A stretch of DNA of 64,000 nucleotides from Heptranchias perlo (GCF_035084215.1 NC_090340.1:5456001-5520000); one strand, 5' to 3'; positions 13,020 through 25,754 are shown, counted from the first letter of the stretch. Notes: a model not told the origin generated them from the letters alone. Program-made: numbers and translations.

Positions 13020-13471
13020 AGTTCTCGGGAAGGTGGAGGAAAGTGCGATGCTGGTATAGCGGGGAGCGGGGAACACGATGCAGGTATAAGGAGAAGAAGA
13101 GAGCACAATACATGTGTAAGAGGTAAAGGGGAGCACGAAGCAGATATCAGTGGGCAGAAGAAAACACAATGCAGATCTAAGGGAACTTGAGAGCGGGATG
13201 CAGGCATGAGGGGAGAGGAGCGCACGATGCAGGTATAGGGGTGAGAAGGGGGACAGGAGATCGCTATGCAGGTATAAAAGGGAAAGGAGAGCACGGTGCA
13301 GGAATAAAGGGGTGAGCAAAGCACGATGCATTTATGAGGAGAGAGGGAGAACAATGCAGATATAAACAGTGCGAGGAAAGAACGATGAAGGTATAAGGGG
13401 GAGAGGAGAGCACGATGCCGGTATGTAAAAGAGGGGGGGGGTGAGTACACTACGCAGGTATAAGGGGGAGA
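13020..13471. repeat. Purine-rich minisatellite, unit about 29-30 bp (right part)
   Basis: Same GGAGAGCACGATGCAGGTATA unit as 10870-11222. Confidence 0.85.
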
Positions 13472-14239
13472 AATTACTCACCTGAGGAGGCCGCTCAATA
13501 ATGGCGTGCTCTCCAAATCCTCTCGAACAATTGATTGTGCAAGTTCGCAAATACGCAGTTAAACCCCCAAATCAAAAATTTGCTCACATTGGTTAGCCGG
13601 CGGTTTGGCAGGTGCAAATTAAAAGGGTACTTACGCTACAATCTATAAAATCAGGAAACATTCGTAAACTTACTCATCTGCGCAGCTGGAACAAAGATGC
13701 TTCTGTCACCAAAAAGTATACTGGAAAATATTGTCCCTGCACTACCTATAAAAAAAGCGCGGTGACTGTTATTGACTGTGAAATAACAAAAAATTGAATT
13801 TTTAAATCGTGGAAGGTCAAATAACAATTATTTTAATGTTATTTGATCATTAAAAACATTTTTTAAAAATTCAAAATTTTGAATTTTTTTTTAACTTTTA
13901 ACTTTAATGTCATTAAATTAAATCAGTTGTTTCGCTTTTTATAACAAGTTATGTAGAATTTTTATTTACACTAACATAGACTAGTTCACTTCAAATGAAT
14001 GAATTTTATTTGCCTGCTTTTGGAAGTGACTTCTCTTCTTGATAAATTCGGTAGGCTTCCATTCCCACATTGTCTATCTGTACGAAGGAAGATGCGTTGA
14101 TATCACAGCGCTGAACGGAGAAAAAGATACAATGGACGAAGTGGACGTCGGAGACCTTGAGGTAAGTATTTTCGTCGCCTTTGTCCGCAGGATGTGCGGA
14201 CAGCCTTGCCACGCCGATCGGAGCAAGTTCCGACCTATT

Positions 14240-16910
14240 AATGTCCTACACTTGGGTGTAGAGGGTATAATTTCAAACTTTGCAGATGACACGTAACTCG
14301 GAAATATAGTGAACAATGTGTAACATAGACCAGGAGACATAGACAGATTGGTGAAATGGGCAGGCATATGGCAGATGAAATTTATGCAGAAATATTTTTC
14401 TATCAGTCTTCACAGAAGATGACACAAAAAGTATACCAGAAACAAGGAGGAACCAAGGGGCTAACGAAAGTGAGGAACTTAAATTAATTATTATCAGTAG
14501 AGAAAAAAGTACTTGAGCAACCAATGGGACTAAAAGCCGATAAATCCCCTGGGCCTGATGGCCCAAACCTGAGGGTTCCAGAGGAGGTGGCTACAGAGAT
14601 AGTGGATGCACAGGTTATCATGTTCCAAAATTCCCTAGAATCTAGGATGGTCCCAGTGGATTAGACGGTAGCAAATGTAACCCCGCTATCCAAAAAGGAG
14701 GGAGAGATAGAACAATGAACTACAGGCCAGTTAACCTGACAGCAGTCGTCGGGAAAATGCTGGTATCCGTTATTAAGGAAGTGGTTACAGGGCACTTAGA
14801 ACATCGTAATATGATTAGGCAGTGTCAGTATGAGCTTATGAAAGGGAAATCATAATTAACAATTTTATTAACATTTTTTGAAGATGTAACGAGCAGAGTA
14901 GGTAAAGGGGAACCAATGGATGTAATATATTTAGATTTTCAGAAGACATTTGATGAGGTGCACATAAAAGGTTGTTACGCAAGATAAGGGCTCATGGGGT
15001 TGGGGATATCATATAAACATGGATAGAGGATTGGTTCATGGACAGAAAACATAGAGTAGGGATAAACGGGTCATTTTCAGGTTATCAGGCTGTCCCTAGT
15101 GGGGTACCACAATTATCGATGATTGGGCTTCAGCTATTTACAATCTATATTAGTAACTTGGATGAAGGGACCGAGTGTAGTGTAACCAAGTTTGCTGATG
15201 ATACAAAGCTAGTTGGGAAAGTAAGCTGTGAGGAGAACACAAAGAGTCTGCAAAGGTATATAGACATGTTAAATGAGTGGCCAATAAGGGAGCAGATGGA
15301 GTATAATGTGAGGAAATGTGAAGTTAATCACGTTGGTAGGAATAATAGAAAAACAGAATATTTGTTTAAATGGTGAGAAACTATTAAACATTGGTTTCCA
15401 TGGAGACTTGGGTGTCCTGGTATAAGAAACACAAAAAGTTGCATGCAGGTCCAGCAAGCAATTGGGAAGGCAAATGGCATGTTGACCTTTATTGCAAGGT
15501 GGTTGGTGTACAAGAGTAAGGAAATCTTACTGCAATTGTGCAAGGCTTTGCTGAGAACTCACCTGGAGTACTGTGTACAGTTTTGGTCTCCTTACCTAAG
15601 GAAGGATATAGTTGCCTTAGAGGCGGTGAAATGAAGATTCACTAGATTGATTCCTGGCATGAGCGGATTGTCCTCTGAGGAGAGGTTGAGTAGAATGGCA
15701 TTACACTCTCTGGAGTTTAGAAGAATGAGAGGTGATCTCATTGAAACATATAATGTTCTGAGGGGGCTTGACAGGGTCGAGGCTGAGAGGTTGTTTCCCG
15801 TGGCCGGAGTCTAGAACTAGGGGACATAGTCATAGGATAAGGGGTCGGCCATTTAACACTGTGATGAGGAGCCATTTCTTCACTAGGAGGTTTGTGAATC
15901 TTTCGAATTCTCTACCCCAGAGAGCTGTGGATGCTGAGTCGATGAGTATATTCAAGGCTGAGATAGAGAGAATTTTGAACTCTCGGGGAAACAAAGGAAA
16001 TGGGGATTGGGCAGGAAAGTGGAGTTGAGGTTGAAGATCAGCCATGATCTTATTGAATGCCGGAGCAGGCTCGAGGGGCCGTATGGCCTAATCCTGCTCC
16101 TATTTCTTATGTTCTCACGTTCTTACGTATGAAGTGATGCATTTTGGTAGGTAGAACGAGGAGAGGCAATATAAACTAAATGTTTCAATTTCAAAGGGGG
16201 TGCAGGAACAGAGAGACCTGGGGCTGTACATACACAATTCTTTGAAGGCGGAAGGACAATTTCAGAAGGCTGTTGAAAGAAGCATATGGGATCTTGGGCG
16301 TTATCAATAGAGGCATAGAGTACAAAAGCAAGGAAGATACGCTAAACTTTAATAAAACACTGGTTAGACCTCAGCTGGAGTATTGTGTTCAATTCTGGGC
16401 ACCAAACTTTAGGAAGGATGTCAAGGCCGAAGAGAGGGCGCAAAGTGGATTTACTAGGTTGGTGCCAGGGATAAGGGAGTTCAGTTCCGTAGAGAGACTG
16501 AAAAAGCTGGGGTTGTTCTCCTCAAAACAGAAAAGGTTTAAGGGGAGATTTGATAGAGGTGTTCAAAATCATGAACGCTTTTGATAGAATGAATAAGGAG
16601 AGATTGTTCCCAGTGGCAGAAGTGTCAGTAAGCAGAGGACACAGATTTAAGGTGATCGGCAAAAAAGCCAGAGCCGACACGAGGAAAAGCTTATTTATGC
16701 AGCGAGTAATAACCTGGACTGCACTGCCTGAAAGAATCGTTGAAACAGAGTCAATAGTAACTTTCAAAAGGTAATTGGATAAATATTTGAAGGAAAACAT
16801 TTAGACGGCTATGGGGAAAGAACAGGGGAATGGGCCTAATTGGATAGTTCTTTCAAATTGACGACACTGGCACTACGGGGTGAATGGCCTTATCCTGTGC
16901 TTACTATAAT
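14240..16910 (+). mobile_element. Nested CR1 LINEs: the outer copy (14240-14390 plus 16127-16910) is interrupted by an inner copy (about 14390-16125)
   Basis: The outer copy breaks after ...WQMKF (14385) and resumes at ...EVMHFGR (16130). The inner copy carries RT motifs TKFADDTKLVG and HLEYCVQFWSP and has its own 3' end (...CTCCTATTTCTTATGTTCT). Confidence 0.85.
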
Positions 16911-19900
16911 ACTAGGTTCGAATCCATTCATGACCTTGTCCTTCATTATATCTGGAACCTACTGCAAGTTTACAAGTCCTCCTCTCTGAAAAGAAAATTT
17001 CCATGTGTTTTGTTCACACTGTCTCCATTGTCGTTCGTGCCTTCAGCTATCTTAACGCCGTCTTAAGTACTCCTTATTTAGCTCGACGTCTTCTGTATTA
17101 AGTCTCTGTTAATCATGTTTTAGCCTTTCACATACATTGGGGTGGTTCCTGTCCCTTTTTACACATGCAATAGTGTTCTTTTGTCGACTCTGATTTTTTT
17201 TTTACATTTTAAATGTTTTAAAATACTGACTGACGATTACTTATGTGTCTCGTTGCATTTCCTCTACGTTTTATTCCTTTCTCAGTTGTGCGAGAGACCG
17301 TCTAGTTTCATTAATATTTCTAAATGATGTCACACTTTGTAAATTGTTATGTAACAAGTTCACGTATCAAATCTGAGAACTTTAAATTAATAAAACAAAG
17401 TCCTGAGGGTAAAAAAACCTAACTTGTTTTGAAAGGTAGGTTATGAACAGGCTAATACTAGTATTATAAACACAGCAAGATATATTACTTGCAGGCACAC
17501 GTGACTTAATATGATTCTTTGCAAACAACCCTAAGCTTTTAGTTTTGTCTTTATCGTAAAATACAACGAAGGACAGCAACCGATGGTTGTGTAATGCCAC
17601 TAAAATACCCGGACTACAGAAACCACCTGAACAGCAGCTTGTTGTGCAACACGCCCTATTAAACCGAGCATGAAAGGAAATTGAAACATTCAGAGGTCAC
17701 CTCAGGCCAACAACTGCAAAAAGGAGTTTCGCAATTTCACACGTTTACACATGCCGAATTTGACAAGATAAACATTACAACAGGTTGCCTGTGAATTCAA
17801 GTATATTGAATTAGATCCGTACGTTTTAACTTTATGGAACGTAAAGGTAAGAATGTTTTATGTTAGCTAGAAAACTATGTAGCACAATATGTAATTTTGA
17901 GGCTAAGATACACGATGATGTACGGGAAGTTTATTGAAACAAGGGCACTTTAGAGTTGAAAGGACACGATTGGACTGGGTGTAGATGGAAGAACGTCCTC
18001 AATGACCGAAAATGTGGTCCGTTAGAAGGACTATTTTGCTTATTCAGGAATTACACTTTAGTTCTCCCCAATTCCGGGCAGGCGTCTGGGAAGCACGTAA
18101 AAATTGTAAGCGGTACATGTTCTTGTTCGCTGGAGAAGTGGGAAGGTTTTCTTTCATTAGGAAGACGTGAGCGCCCGGGAGACTGGGGTATATCACTGTG
18201 GAGCGAAAGTTTTAAAAGGAAAAAATCAGGTGACAGAATGAAAGCCACACCAAAAAAAAAAGATTAGCTGGTATTTCAATGTTGCTGTGGGCAAATTGGC
18301 TGCAGTGATTGTCAGTATGATTACAGCATCGAACTTCAGTAAGTAATAGACTGACGGTAAATTCCATGAAAAAGCATTATATCAGTTTTCTCTCCCTCTC
18401 GTTTCATCTGTCCTCTATGAACCTAGAAATAATAATTATAAATCAAAATAACCATGAAAGCTTAGCCACTGGAATATTCAAGTCAGAAGGCAGCAATGTG
18501 TTTTAATGGCGAAGGGGCGAAGGTGGGAGCAGACACCTGCATATATAGTAAAAGATTTAAATAATGTAGTTGTGAAAGGCATTAGTTTGTGATATGTGTG
18601 AGTGAGTGGAGTTCAAAATACATGTGCTAGACTTGCTAGGATTTAGCAAATGAAACTAAGTGACGACTTCCCGCTAACTATTAACACCAAACAAGATGAT
18701 TATAAATCATCGCTCAAACCAGCCCAGCAGTGGAAATCACCGAAAACAATACGATAGCCTCTGAAAATAATGAGCTACACAAAGTCATAAAGACTCAGCA
18801 TTCTACACTAATTTGAGACATAGATGTTACTCGCTGCACTAGTTTAAGATTTGAAAGTTTCAACCTTCATAAACGAAAAGATTTCGGGCAATGAACCAAC
18901 TGAGAAGTCACGTGAACAGAAGCAGCTCATCGAGTCCAGAAAACAGATTTGAGAATAAGCTGATTTTTATAACTGTTTATGGAGCAGAGTTCCAACCATC
19001 TAAAGTAAATTATCATCGGGGTATTAACTAAAAGACATTTGAGTTGCACTACATCGTTTTAGTACCGTTACTGATTGTGTTTTATTCTGAATCCCTATCA
19101 CTATGTCGTGTACTATCATATTGGTTTAACGTATTGGCAATACATTCCACAGCGGTTCTCCCGATCTCCTGGGAAATGAAGAATAATGGACAACCAGTAG
19201 CGGTACCTCCTAATGCCGAAACTAACGAGGCTTTGTTATATGAAGGGAAACATTTCAACCGTATAAATGAGTCGAAATAGCGCTCAGACATGAAGCTCAA
19301 TAACCAGATTCATAAGGGAAGTAAATATCCTATCACTTTAAATTTCTGATTTTAGCTGGATATTAAGCTAGCCTTGGGACCTTTCTTCCTCTAACTAAAT
19401 TATATATATTTGTTAATGCTTCTTGTTGGTGAAACGGCCCACGCTGCAACATATCGCTCACAGCAATTTTCAACAAGGAAGTTATTATAAAGTAAGTGAA
19501 AACATTTTCTGATTGGAATCAGTGCATGGCCTATGCTAATAAACATTGGAGTTTGCATGATTGCAGCACAATATTTCCACAGGTTTCACATCATTTTAGT
19601 ATTCATTTGAAGTTGCCAGTCTAAGAGTTTGAATTGTGAATATTGAAGAGTTTCGGGAGATATTGGAAACATTCTGCAGTCGCTTGCTCTTCCACCCAGG
19701 GAAAACCTGAAACGCGCTTTGGAGTGGAATTCCACGGGTTTTCTCCCTATCTGCCGCCGGAACTTCGGGAGAAACTCTGGAATTCCAGACGATTCGCTAT
19801 TTTGATAACTTGCACTTGTACCACATCACGAGTCAGGAGGCCGATCACTGGGAGTTTCAGTTGGAGCTGGTGCCATCGGAGTTATTCCACAGGCCGTGAC

Positions 19901-21098
19901 ACACACGTTCCCTCGTCGACGGAGCATTGTGCCCACTCCCTTGCACAGATGCAAAACTACACTCGCTGCGGGCTAATTTTACTTTAAGATTGAATCCTTT
20001 CCGCACAATATTAAAAAAACCTAAATATCACTTAGTGGAAACAAACAGGTTAATACTTTTGTAAAACTGCAGATTGCGGACTTATAGATAAACGGACTAA
20101 GGTATCTTAACTGCTCTTATATTAAAACGTAGTTCCACGTCATAAGTTTATTTAGTGCCAAAAATATTTTACCGCTATTTTAGACACAGCCTTGCGTCTT
20201 CTTGGCCTTATCCTGCAGGTGGAGGGCATTTCACACTGTTGTCATCAGTGTGCAAAGGAGGCAGTTCGGAACCGGACTGACGTCTAATACTGTCACTTTA
20301 GCACTGAATCTGATGTGCCTCTAGCCGCCAAGTGCAAAATAAAATGACTTATATTCTTAGACCAAATGTTGCACACGCGGTAAAAAAAATCCCGTTCTGT
20401 TATACACTGCAGAGGAGATTAAGATTGTGAAGAAACCACTGCTATAGAATAAACAGACGGCAAGGAGCATGCGTCCACTCTTGGGAAAATTATAAATCAA
20501 GGCTATAGCGAGGAACCAATAGGATTATTGCAACAATAACATAATTTTAAAAATAGCCACCATTAAGGGGGCAAATATTAATACATCATAACCTTACCCA
20601 ACAAAAGAATCCCATGAAGCAACTAGTTCCCTTAACCCAACAGTAAACAAAATATCATCAGAAAATTATTTCGAGGTTCGATACGGTTATTACATCTGCT
20701 ATCGCAATACCTTCTCTCTCACAATCAAGTCATGCTATCAAGCCACGTAATGGTGGCTATATCCACCAATCCTTTGGATTTCATCGTTTCCAAGTTCTGT
20801 TTCATGCACAGAACTAGCAAGATAAACAAGCCGTTTATTGTGATCCTCTCCAGAAAAAAACAATAGACCATCTAATAGATTCTTCAGAATGAATTAGTTC
20901 AAAAATTACTGAAGGCCTGCAATATTCGCCCTTCGTGGCGAGTGCAGAAACCATGAACCATGGACGTGTTAGCTCATGTACAATTTTATTCAGCTCCCCT
21001 TTTTTGTTATAAATGCAGCCTACTAATTCCTGTTCCCGTGTCTGCTCATAGCCAAACCCGCAGATCTTAATCTAAAGCCCATGCTTTTCTCCACTCCG

Positions 21099-21167
21099 CA
21101 ATTAAACAGTCATGTGATATCTGACCTCACAGATAAGCATGAGATTTTACTAGACACACAGCCGCCC
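21099..21167 (+). promoter_or_regulatory. Conserved proximal promoter block of receptor gene copy 1
   Basis: The 26-bp CAATTAAACAGTCATGTGATATCTGA is identical at 50739-50764 and contains an E-box (TCATGTGA). ACACAGCCGCCC (GC box) is also shared. The block lies about 70-135 bp upstream of the ATG. Confidence 0.6.
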
Positions 21168-21235
21168 GTTCCCCAAACTTTCAAGCATTCCATTCTCATT
21201 CGCAGCGTGTGATCTACCGTAATTCATCGCTCGAT

Positions 21236-21290
21236 ATGTTTCTGAGTGGAGCTCTTTTGGGCATGTGTTTCCTGGGCATTTTCAATCGAG
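21236..21290 (+). CDS. Copy 1 exon 1, signal peptide (MFLSGALLGMCFLGIFNR)
   Basis: ATG plus a hydrophobic 18 aa, with phase-1 donor G|GTAGAT conserved in copy 2. Too short for the ORF track. Confidence 0.8.
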
Positions 21291-24200
21291 GTAGATTTCT
21301 ATTTTTTTTTGTTATAAATTAACCTTTCACAAACTTTCCTGAACAAGATACAACACATGAAGTCGATCTTATAGTTGATATAAAATGGAGCAATGTTTTG
21401 GTGCTTTAATTTGATGTAATTTTAGCATGTGATGTGATTGTCAGACGGAAACAATTGGACGAACAAAGTGATGTTATTCATGTTAATTCAGCCAGGAAAC
21501 ACTTTCAGGAACTGGAGAATCATTCTAATAGTTAGGAACATAGAATTATTAATTTACCAATGAACTCGACGCACGTTATTATTTTGGTCGTGCAGATCAC
21601 TTCCCTATATATGAATTATTTAACCTGAGTGCGCATCTTTTGTTGATAGTTACTGTGGACATTTCGGGCAAGGTGATGCCAGGCATTGTACAAAAGACGG
21701 CGCTCAGAGGTACAAAGGTTACCTTCCGATGTCCTTTCCCCTTCGATCTCGATCATTCAAACATAATCCTTTACTGGTGGAGAGATGGTAATAAGACCTT
21801 CCTACAAGAAGACAGCAGAAAACAGTTCATTGTAAAGAAAGGCGGTGCCTACCTTCACCTCCTGAATGTGAGTGTCCCGGACGCCGGAACGTATTTCTAT
21901 GTAGCCAAATATCAGGATAAAACGGTTGTAAAAGGAACTGGTGTGCAACTTGTTGTATATGGTAAGTGTCGCTGGAATTGGACAGGTGAAGCGTTTAGTC
22001 GCGCTGAAGCTGTGGTTGATATTCAAACCGCGTTTAGCAAAGAATTTCAACATGAAAATGTCCTATTAATAAAAAGGTACAGCTTTCTACTTGTTCATAA
22101 AAATACGGAAACATTCCCAGTTCAAGAATCTCTGAAGAATGTGACGACTGACGCATGACATGAATTGTGATTTAATTTTGTGTTTATGAAGGAAAGTCAT
22201 CTCGAGGCTGAAGGCTAAGGCGCTTTTTCAATTATTGCACCCACTGCCTAAAAGAATAGTATTGATATTATTCGCAGTGTTATGCTTAAAGGCCCAATAC
22301 CTTATTTGGAAAGAACAGGGAAATTCCCATTCCAGTCATTTAGACGGCGCGCTTCCAGTTTCTGCCATGCAGGTAAAGTTCCTGAACAGCCGTTCGGCAG
22401 AACTAGTGAAATGCACCCGTTAAAGTAAGTGCCGCCGTCCAGCCACAGGTTCGAAGTCGATCCGCTCCGCACATAAGATGAAAATGTTCTTCATGTAACA
22501 ACAGAAGGCGTCCTGTACAGCAGTTCAACTATATCAGGTCGATTCGAACAGATTGGTATGAAAAAGCACAGCCTCGCTGTTGCAAATCTGTGTTGTTAAA
22601 TCTAACGGTGATGCGTCATTACAACAGGAGCGGAACTCGGAAAATAACGTGTGGAGAATCAATGGAGAAAAATCTAGATTGGGCTCCAGTCAGGATCAAT
22701 AATTATCATCGATACAACTACGATGCCACGAAACAACTGTTGATTATTTTATGAAAACGGATAGGATAGAGAATAAGTGTAGAAAATATTTTGCTTCATC
22801 TCTTTTTGCTCTTTTCCATTTAGTTGGCCCCGTTCCCCTGAAGATTGTCTCCACGGCATCCGAAGGGGCTTCATCTGCTTCTCTGCGGCTCCAGTGCAGA
22901 ACGGCTCCTTTTTACCCAAAGGATTTTAACCTCACCTGGCATAAAAATGGTACCGAAATTGTGACTGGATTTAGAACTGAACAACAGGCAAACACAGAGG
23001 GACTGTATGAAGTTATCAGCTCCTTACAAGAGATACGGCCAATCCAGCGCGGCACTGTTTATACCTGTCAAGTATATCACGTTTCAAACTCAATACCAGC
23101 AAATGTCAACTATACTGTTGGCAACGAAGGTAACATTATAGCATACTTGGTACTTTTATGTTGCCTGGTCACGCAGTAGTCGAATTTCCATTGCAGATAC
23201 TGTGGGATGCGTTTATTGTAATTGATTTGCATATTATTATGTCATCTTCGAAATCCACAAGCAGTTTAGAAATGTGCACAGCAATAATATAGCACGAATC
23301 ATGGGTCGGGAAGGATTCAACGTTCCAAAGTTAAATTAATGGAACACCGCTAATTAAAGTTTAAAGTCAGGCACAATATTAAAATGTATAGAGAGTTGAA
23401 AACAGCGGGCTGAGGCTACTGCGAAGAAGACTGTAAACAATTTCAAGAGGATGTAGGCAGCTCAGCAGATTTAGCAGAATCAACTCGGATGAAATTGCAT
23501 GCGTAAATATAAGAGGCGATATCGTTTGGTAGGATGAATGACAGCTCATACATGACAAATGGGGAAAAATAAATGAGTTAAATAGCTGAGCGATTCAGGG
23601 GTCGGGTCCATAAATATTTAAAAGTGTCAGGACAATAAAGCTGGGGAAAGTACCTTTTAGAAATCGGGACTTAGGGTTTAAAGGCAATGAGTTAACGCTA
23701 AACCGATACACATCGTCGGTTAGACTGTATTTAGAATATTGTGTTTATATTTGGGCAACTTACTGTGTGAATAATATTAAGAACATAGATAAAATATTTT
23801 TACTGAAGTAGTGTCAAGGATGCAGCATATCAGTTAAAAGGGGAAACAAAGAGATAAGGAGGGGCTTCATATCCTCGAATGGAGAAAGTTAAGAAGAGAT
23901 CTGCTTGAGATGTTCAAGACTTCGAAGGAGAAATGGAAAAAAAAATCTGATCAGTGAATCGGTTACCAGATGGCATACATTTAGGGTCATTACCAAAAGG
24001 AGGCAGGGAGCGGATATGGTTATTTTTTTTACCGACAACCATAGGAATTGTATGAAGTTCTCAGCTGCTTCCAGCAACCTGTAAAGAGCGGGATAGTTCA
24101 TACGTTTCTAGTTGCTCCTGATTCTCTCCCAATTCCAGCCAGTCTCAGCGACGCTGTTAACAACAAATGCAATGTTCAGACATACAGCACAATGAGAATG

Positions 24201-25605
24201 TCGCGGGTTTGGGAGGTGCTGTCAACGAAGAATTACCAAGATGCTGCAGTGCATCCTATGGATGGTACACACTGCAACCACAGTGCGCCGGTGGTGAAGT
24301 GAGTGAATGTTTAGGGTGGTGGATGAGGTGCCAATCAAGTGGGCTGCTTTGTCCTGGATGGTATCAAGCTTCTTGAGTGTTGTTGGAGCTCCACTCATCC
24401 AGGCAAGTGGAGAGTATTCCATCACACTCCTGACTTGTGACTTGTAGATGGTAGAAAGGCTTTGGGGAGTCACTCGGCGAGACACTCGCTGCAGAATACC
24501 GAGCCTCTGACCTGCATTATAGCCACAATATTTATGTGACTGGTCCAGTTAAGAGTCTGGTCAATGGTGAACCCCAGGATGTTGATGGCTGGGGATTCCA
24601 CGATGGTAATGCCGTTGAATGTCAAGGATTGGTGGTTAATCTCTCTCCTGTTGGAGATGGTCATTGTCTGGCGCGAATGTTACTTGCCACTGATCAGCCC
24701 AAGCCTGGACCCTGTCCAGGACTTGCTGTATGTGGGCACAGACTGCTTCATTATCTGAGTGGTTACAAATGGAACTGAACACTGTCCAATCATCAGTGAA
24801 CATCCCCATTTCTGATCTTATGTTGGAGGGAAGGTCATTGATGAAGCAGCTGAGGATGGTTGGACCCAGGACACTGCCCTGAGGAACTCCTGCAGCAATA
24901 TCCTGGGGCTGAGTTGATTGGCCTCCAACAACCACTAACATCTTCCTTTGCTGCAGTTGAAACAGAAAAGTCGCAGTGGCGACTGCTGTTTGAAATAGGA
25001 ACGCCGAAATACGGCATTAGAGGCAGCTGGACGCTTGGTCAGGGAAAACAGTGCAAGGAAATTCAAGAATGTTATGCTTTTCCAACCTGGTCAGATCCAG
25101 CACTAGTTCTATCCAAATTTAAGATCGCATTCCATTAATTGGCTGCGAATTTTTTTCCTCGCTCCTATAAATTCGCTTCGAAAGGTATCGTTTGATCATT
25201 GTATCTGGAGACTTTCTAATTATTTAAATGTTTTCTTTAGATTTTATTTATAGTATCGCTAAAAAACAAGAGAGGGAAAAAATATTTACAAATCTATCAC
25301 GATTTGATACAGTACTCAGAGGAATTCTTTACTCAGTGTGCTTTAACTTCAAAAGAAGATCCTGTGCGAGATTATATTGTATATCAAAGAAAGTATAAAC
25401 CGTCAAAGTTAAATTGTTTCGCATGTGTCCAGAAGAAAAAAATATAATCTTTTTGAAATGGTTTCTGGTTGTTTGCTGTACTTTTTTTCCAGATTACCAT
25501 TCTGTCCGCCCTGTCCACCTAATGTATCGATCCATAGTTGGGATATTGGTAATTATTCTACTAACGATGATCATCCTCAACCATGTTACATCAGATAACC
25601 TCTAA
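21236..25605 (+). CDS. Ig-superfamily receptor, copy 1 (leader-VJ-C1-TM, 261 aa); join(21236..21290,21650..21961,22824..23129,25493..25605)
   Basis: Four exons of 55+312+306+113 = 786 nt are joined by phase-1 GT-AG introns and stay in frame. Exon lengths are identical in the paralog at 50874-55691. The V domain lacks its second canonical Cys, so function is less certain than for copy 2. Confidence 0.88.
21650..21961 (+). CDS. Copy 1 exon 2, V-type Ig domain with germline J-like G strand
   Basis: Acceptor TGATAG; motifs VTFRC, LYWWR, LHLLNV, DAGTYFY and KGTGVQLVV; donor G|GTAAGT. Confidence 0.92.
22824..23129 (+). CDS. Copy 1 exon 3, C1-set Ig domain
   Basis: LQCRTAPFYPKDFNLTW...GLYEVISSL...YTCQVYH carries the C1 hallmarks FYP and YxCxVxH. 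Pyrimidine tract plus TAG acceptor; G|GTAACA donor. Confidence 0.93.
23385..24110 (+). mobile_element. Old, heavily degraded CR1 fragment in intron 3 of copy 1
   Basis: Residual similarity to the CR1 RT C-terminus (for example TTAGAATATTGTGTTTATATTTGG, about LEYCVxxW). Confidence 0.55.
24190..24955 (-). mobile_element. Family B LINE fragment in intron 3 of copy 1
   Basis: GVPQGSVLGPTILSCFINDLPS and MEYSPLAWMSGAPTTLKKLD; homologous to 5380-6493. Confidence 0.9.
25493..25605 (+). CDS. Copy 1 exon 4: stalk, transmembrane helix with Arg, short tail
   Basis: Acceptor TTTTTTTCCAG; DYHSVRPVHLMYRSIVGILVIILLTMIILNHVTSDNL*; a donor GTAAGA lies 2 nt after the stop. Confidence 0.88.
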
Positions 25606-25754
25606 ATGTAAGAGATTTTCAAAGCACAATTATAATCTTAAACAACATTTTTCAATTTATAACATAGAAGGAATGTGTGACATATGATTATCAATTCTAG
25701 CGATTACTATTCAGTAAACACAAAATGACGACATAATGAGACATGCCTTGTATC

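Noticed and set aside
12977-13450. Cys/Pro/Ser-rich ORFs (157 and 105 aa; also the N-terminus of 10605-11072)
   Set aside because: These are translations of the minisatellite, not genes.
10870-13471. Regularly spaced repeats as a CRISPR array
   Set aside because: The context is eukaryotic, the units are contiguous and degenerate with no unique spacers, and there are no cas genes.
13472-14236. Possible non-autonomous DNA transposon or exon (contains GAG|GTAAGT at about 14160)
   Set aside because: I could not define terminal repeats or a coherent reading frame.
21640-22158. ORF-track proteins of 172, 142, 157 and 208 aa around the Ig exons (also 22751-23179, 51177-51650, 54539-55165) as standalone single-exon genes or secreted isoforms
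   Set aside because: Their N- and C-terminal extensions are intron read-through. Strong paralog similarity ends close to the canonical splice sites, and the extensions differ in length and sequence.
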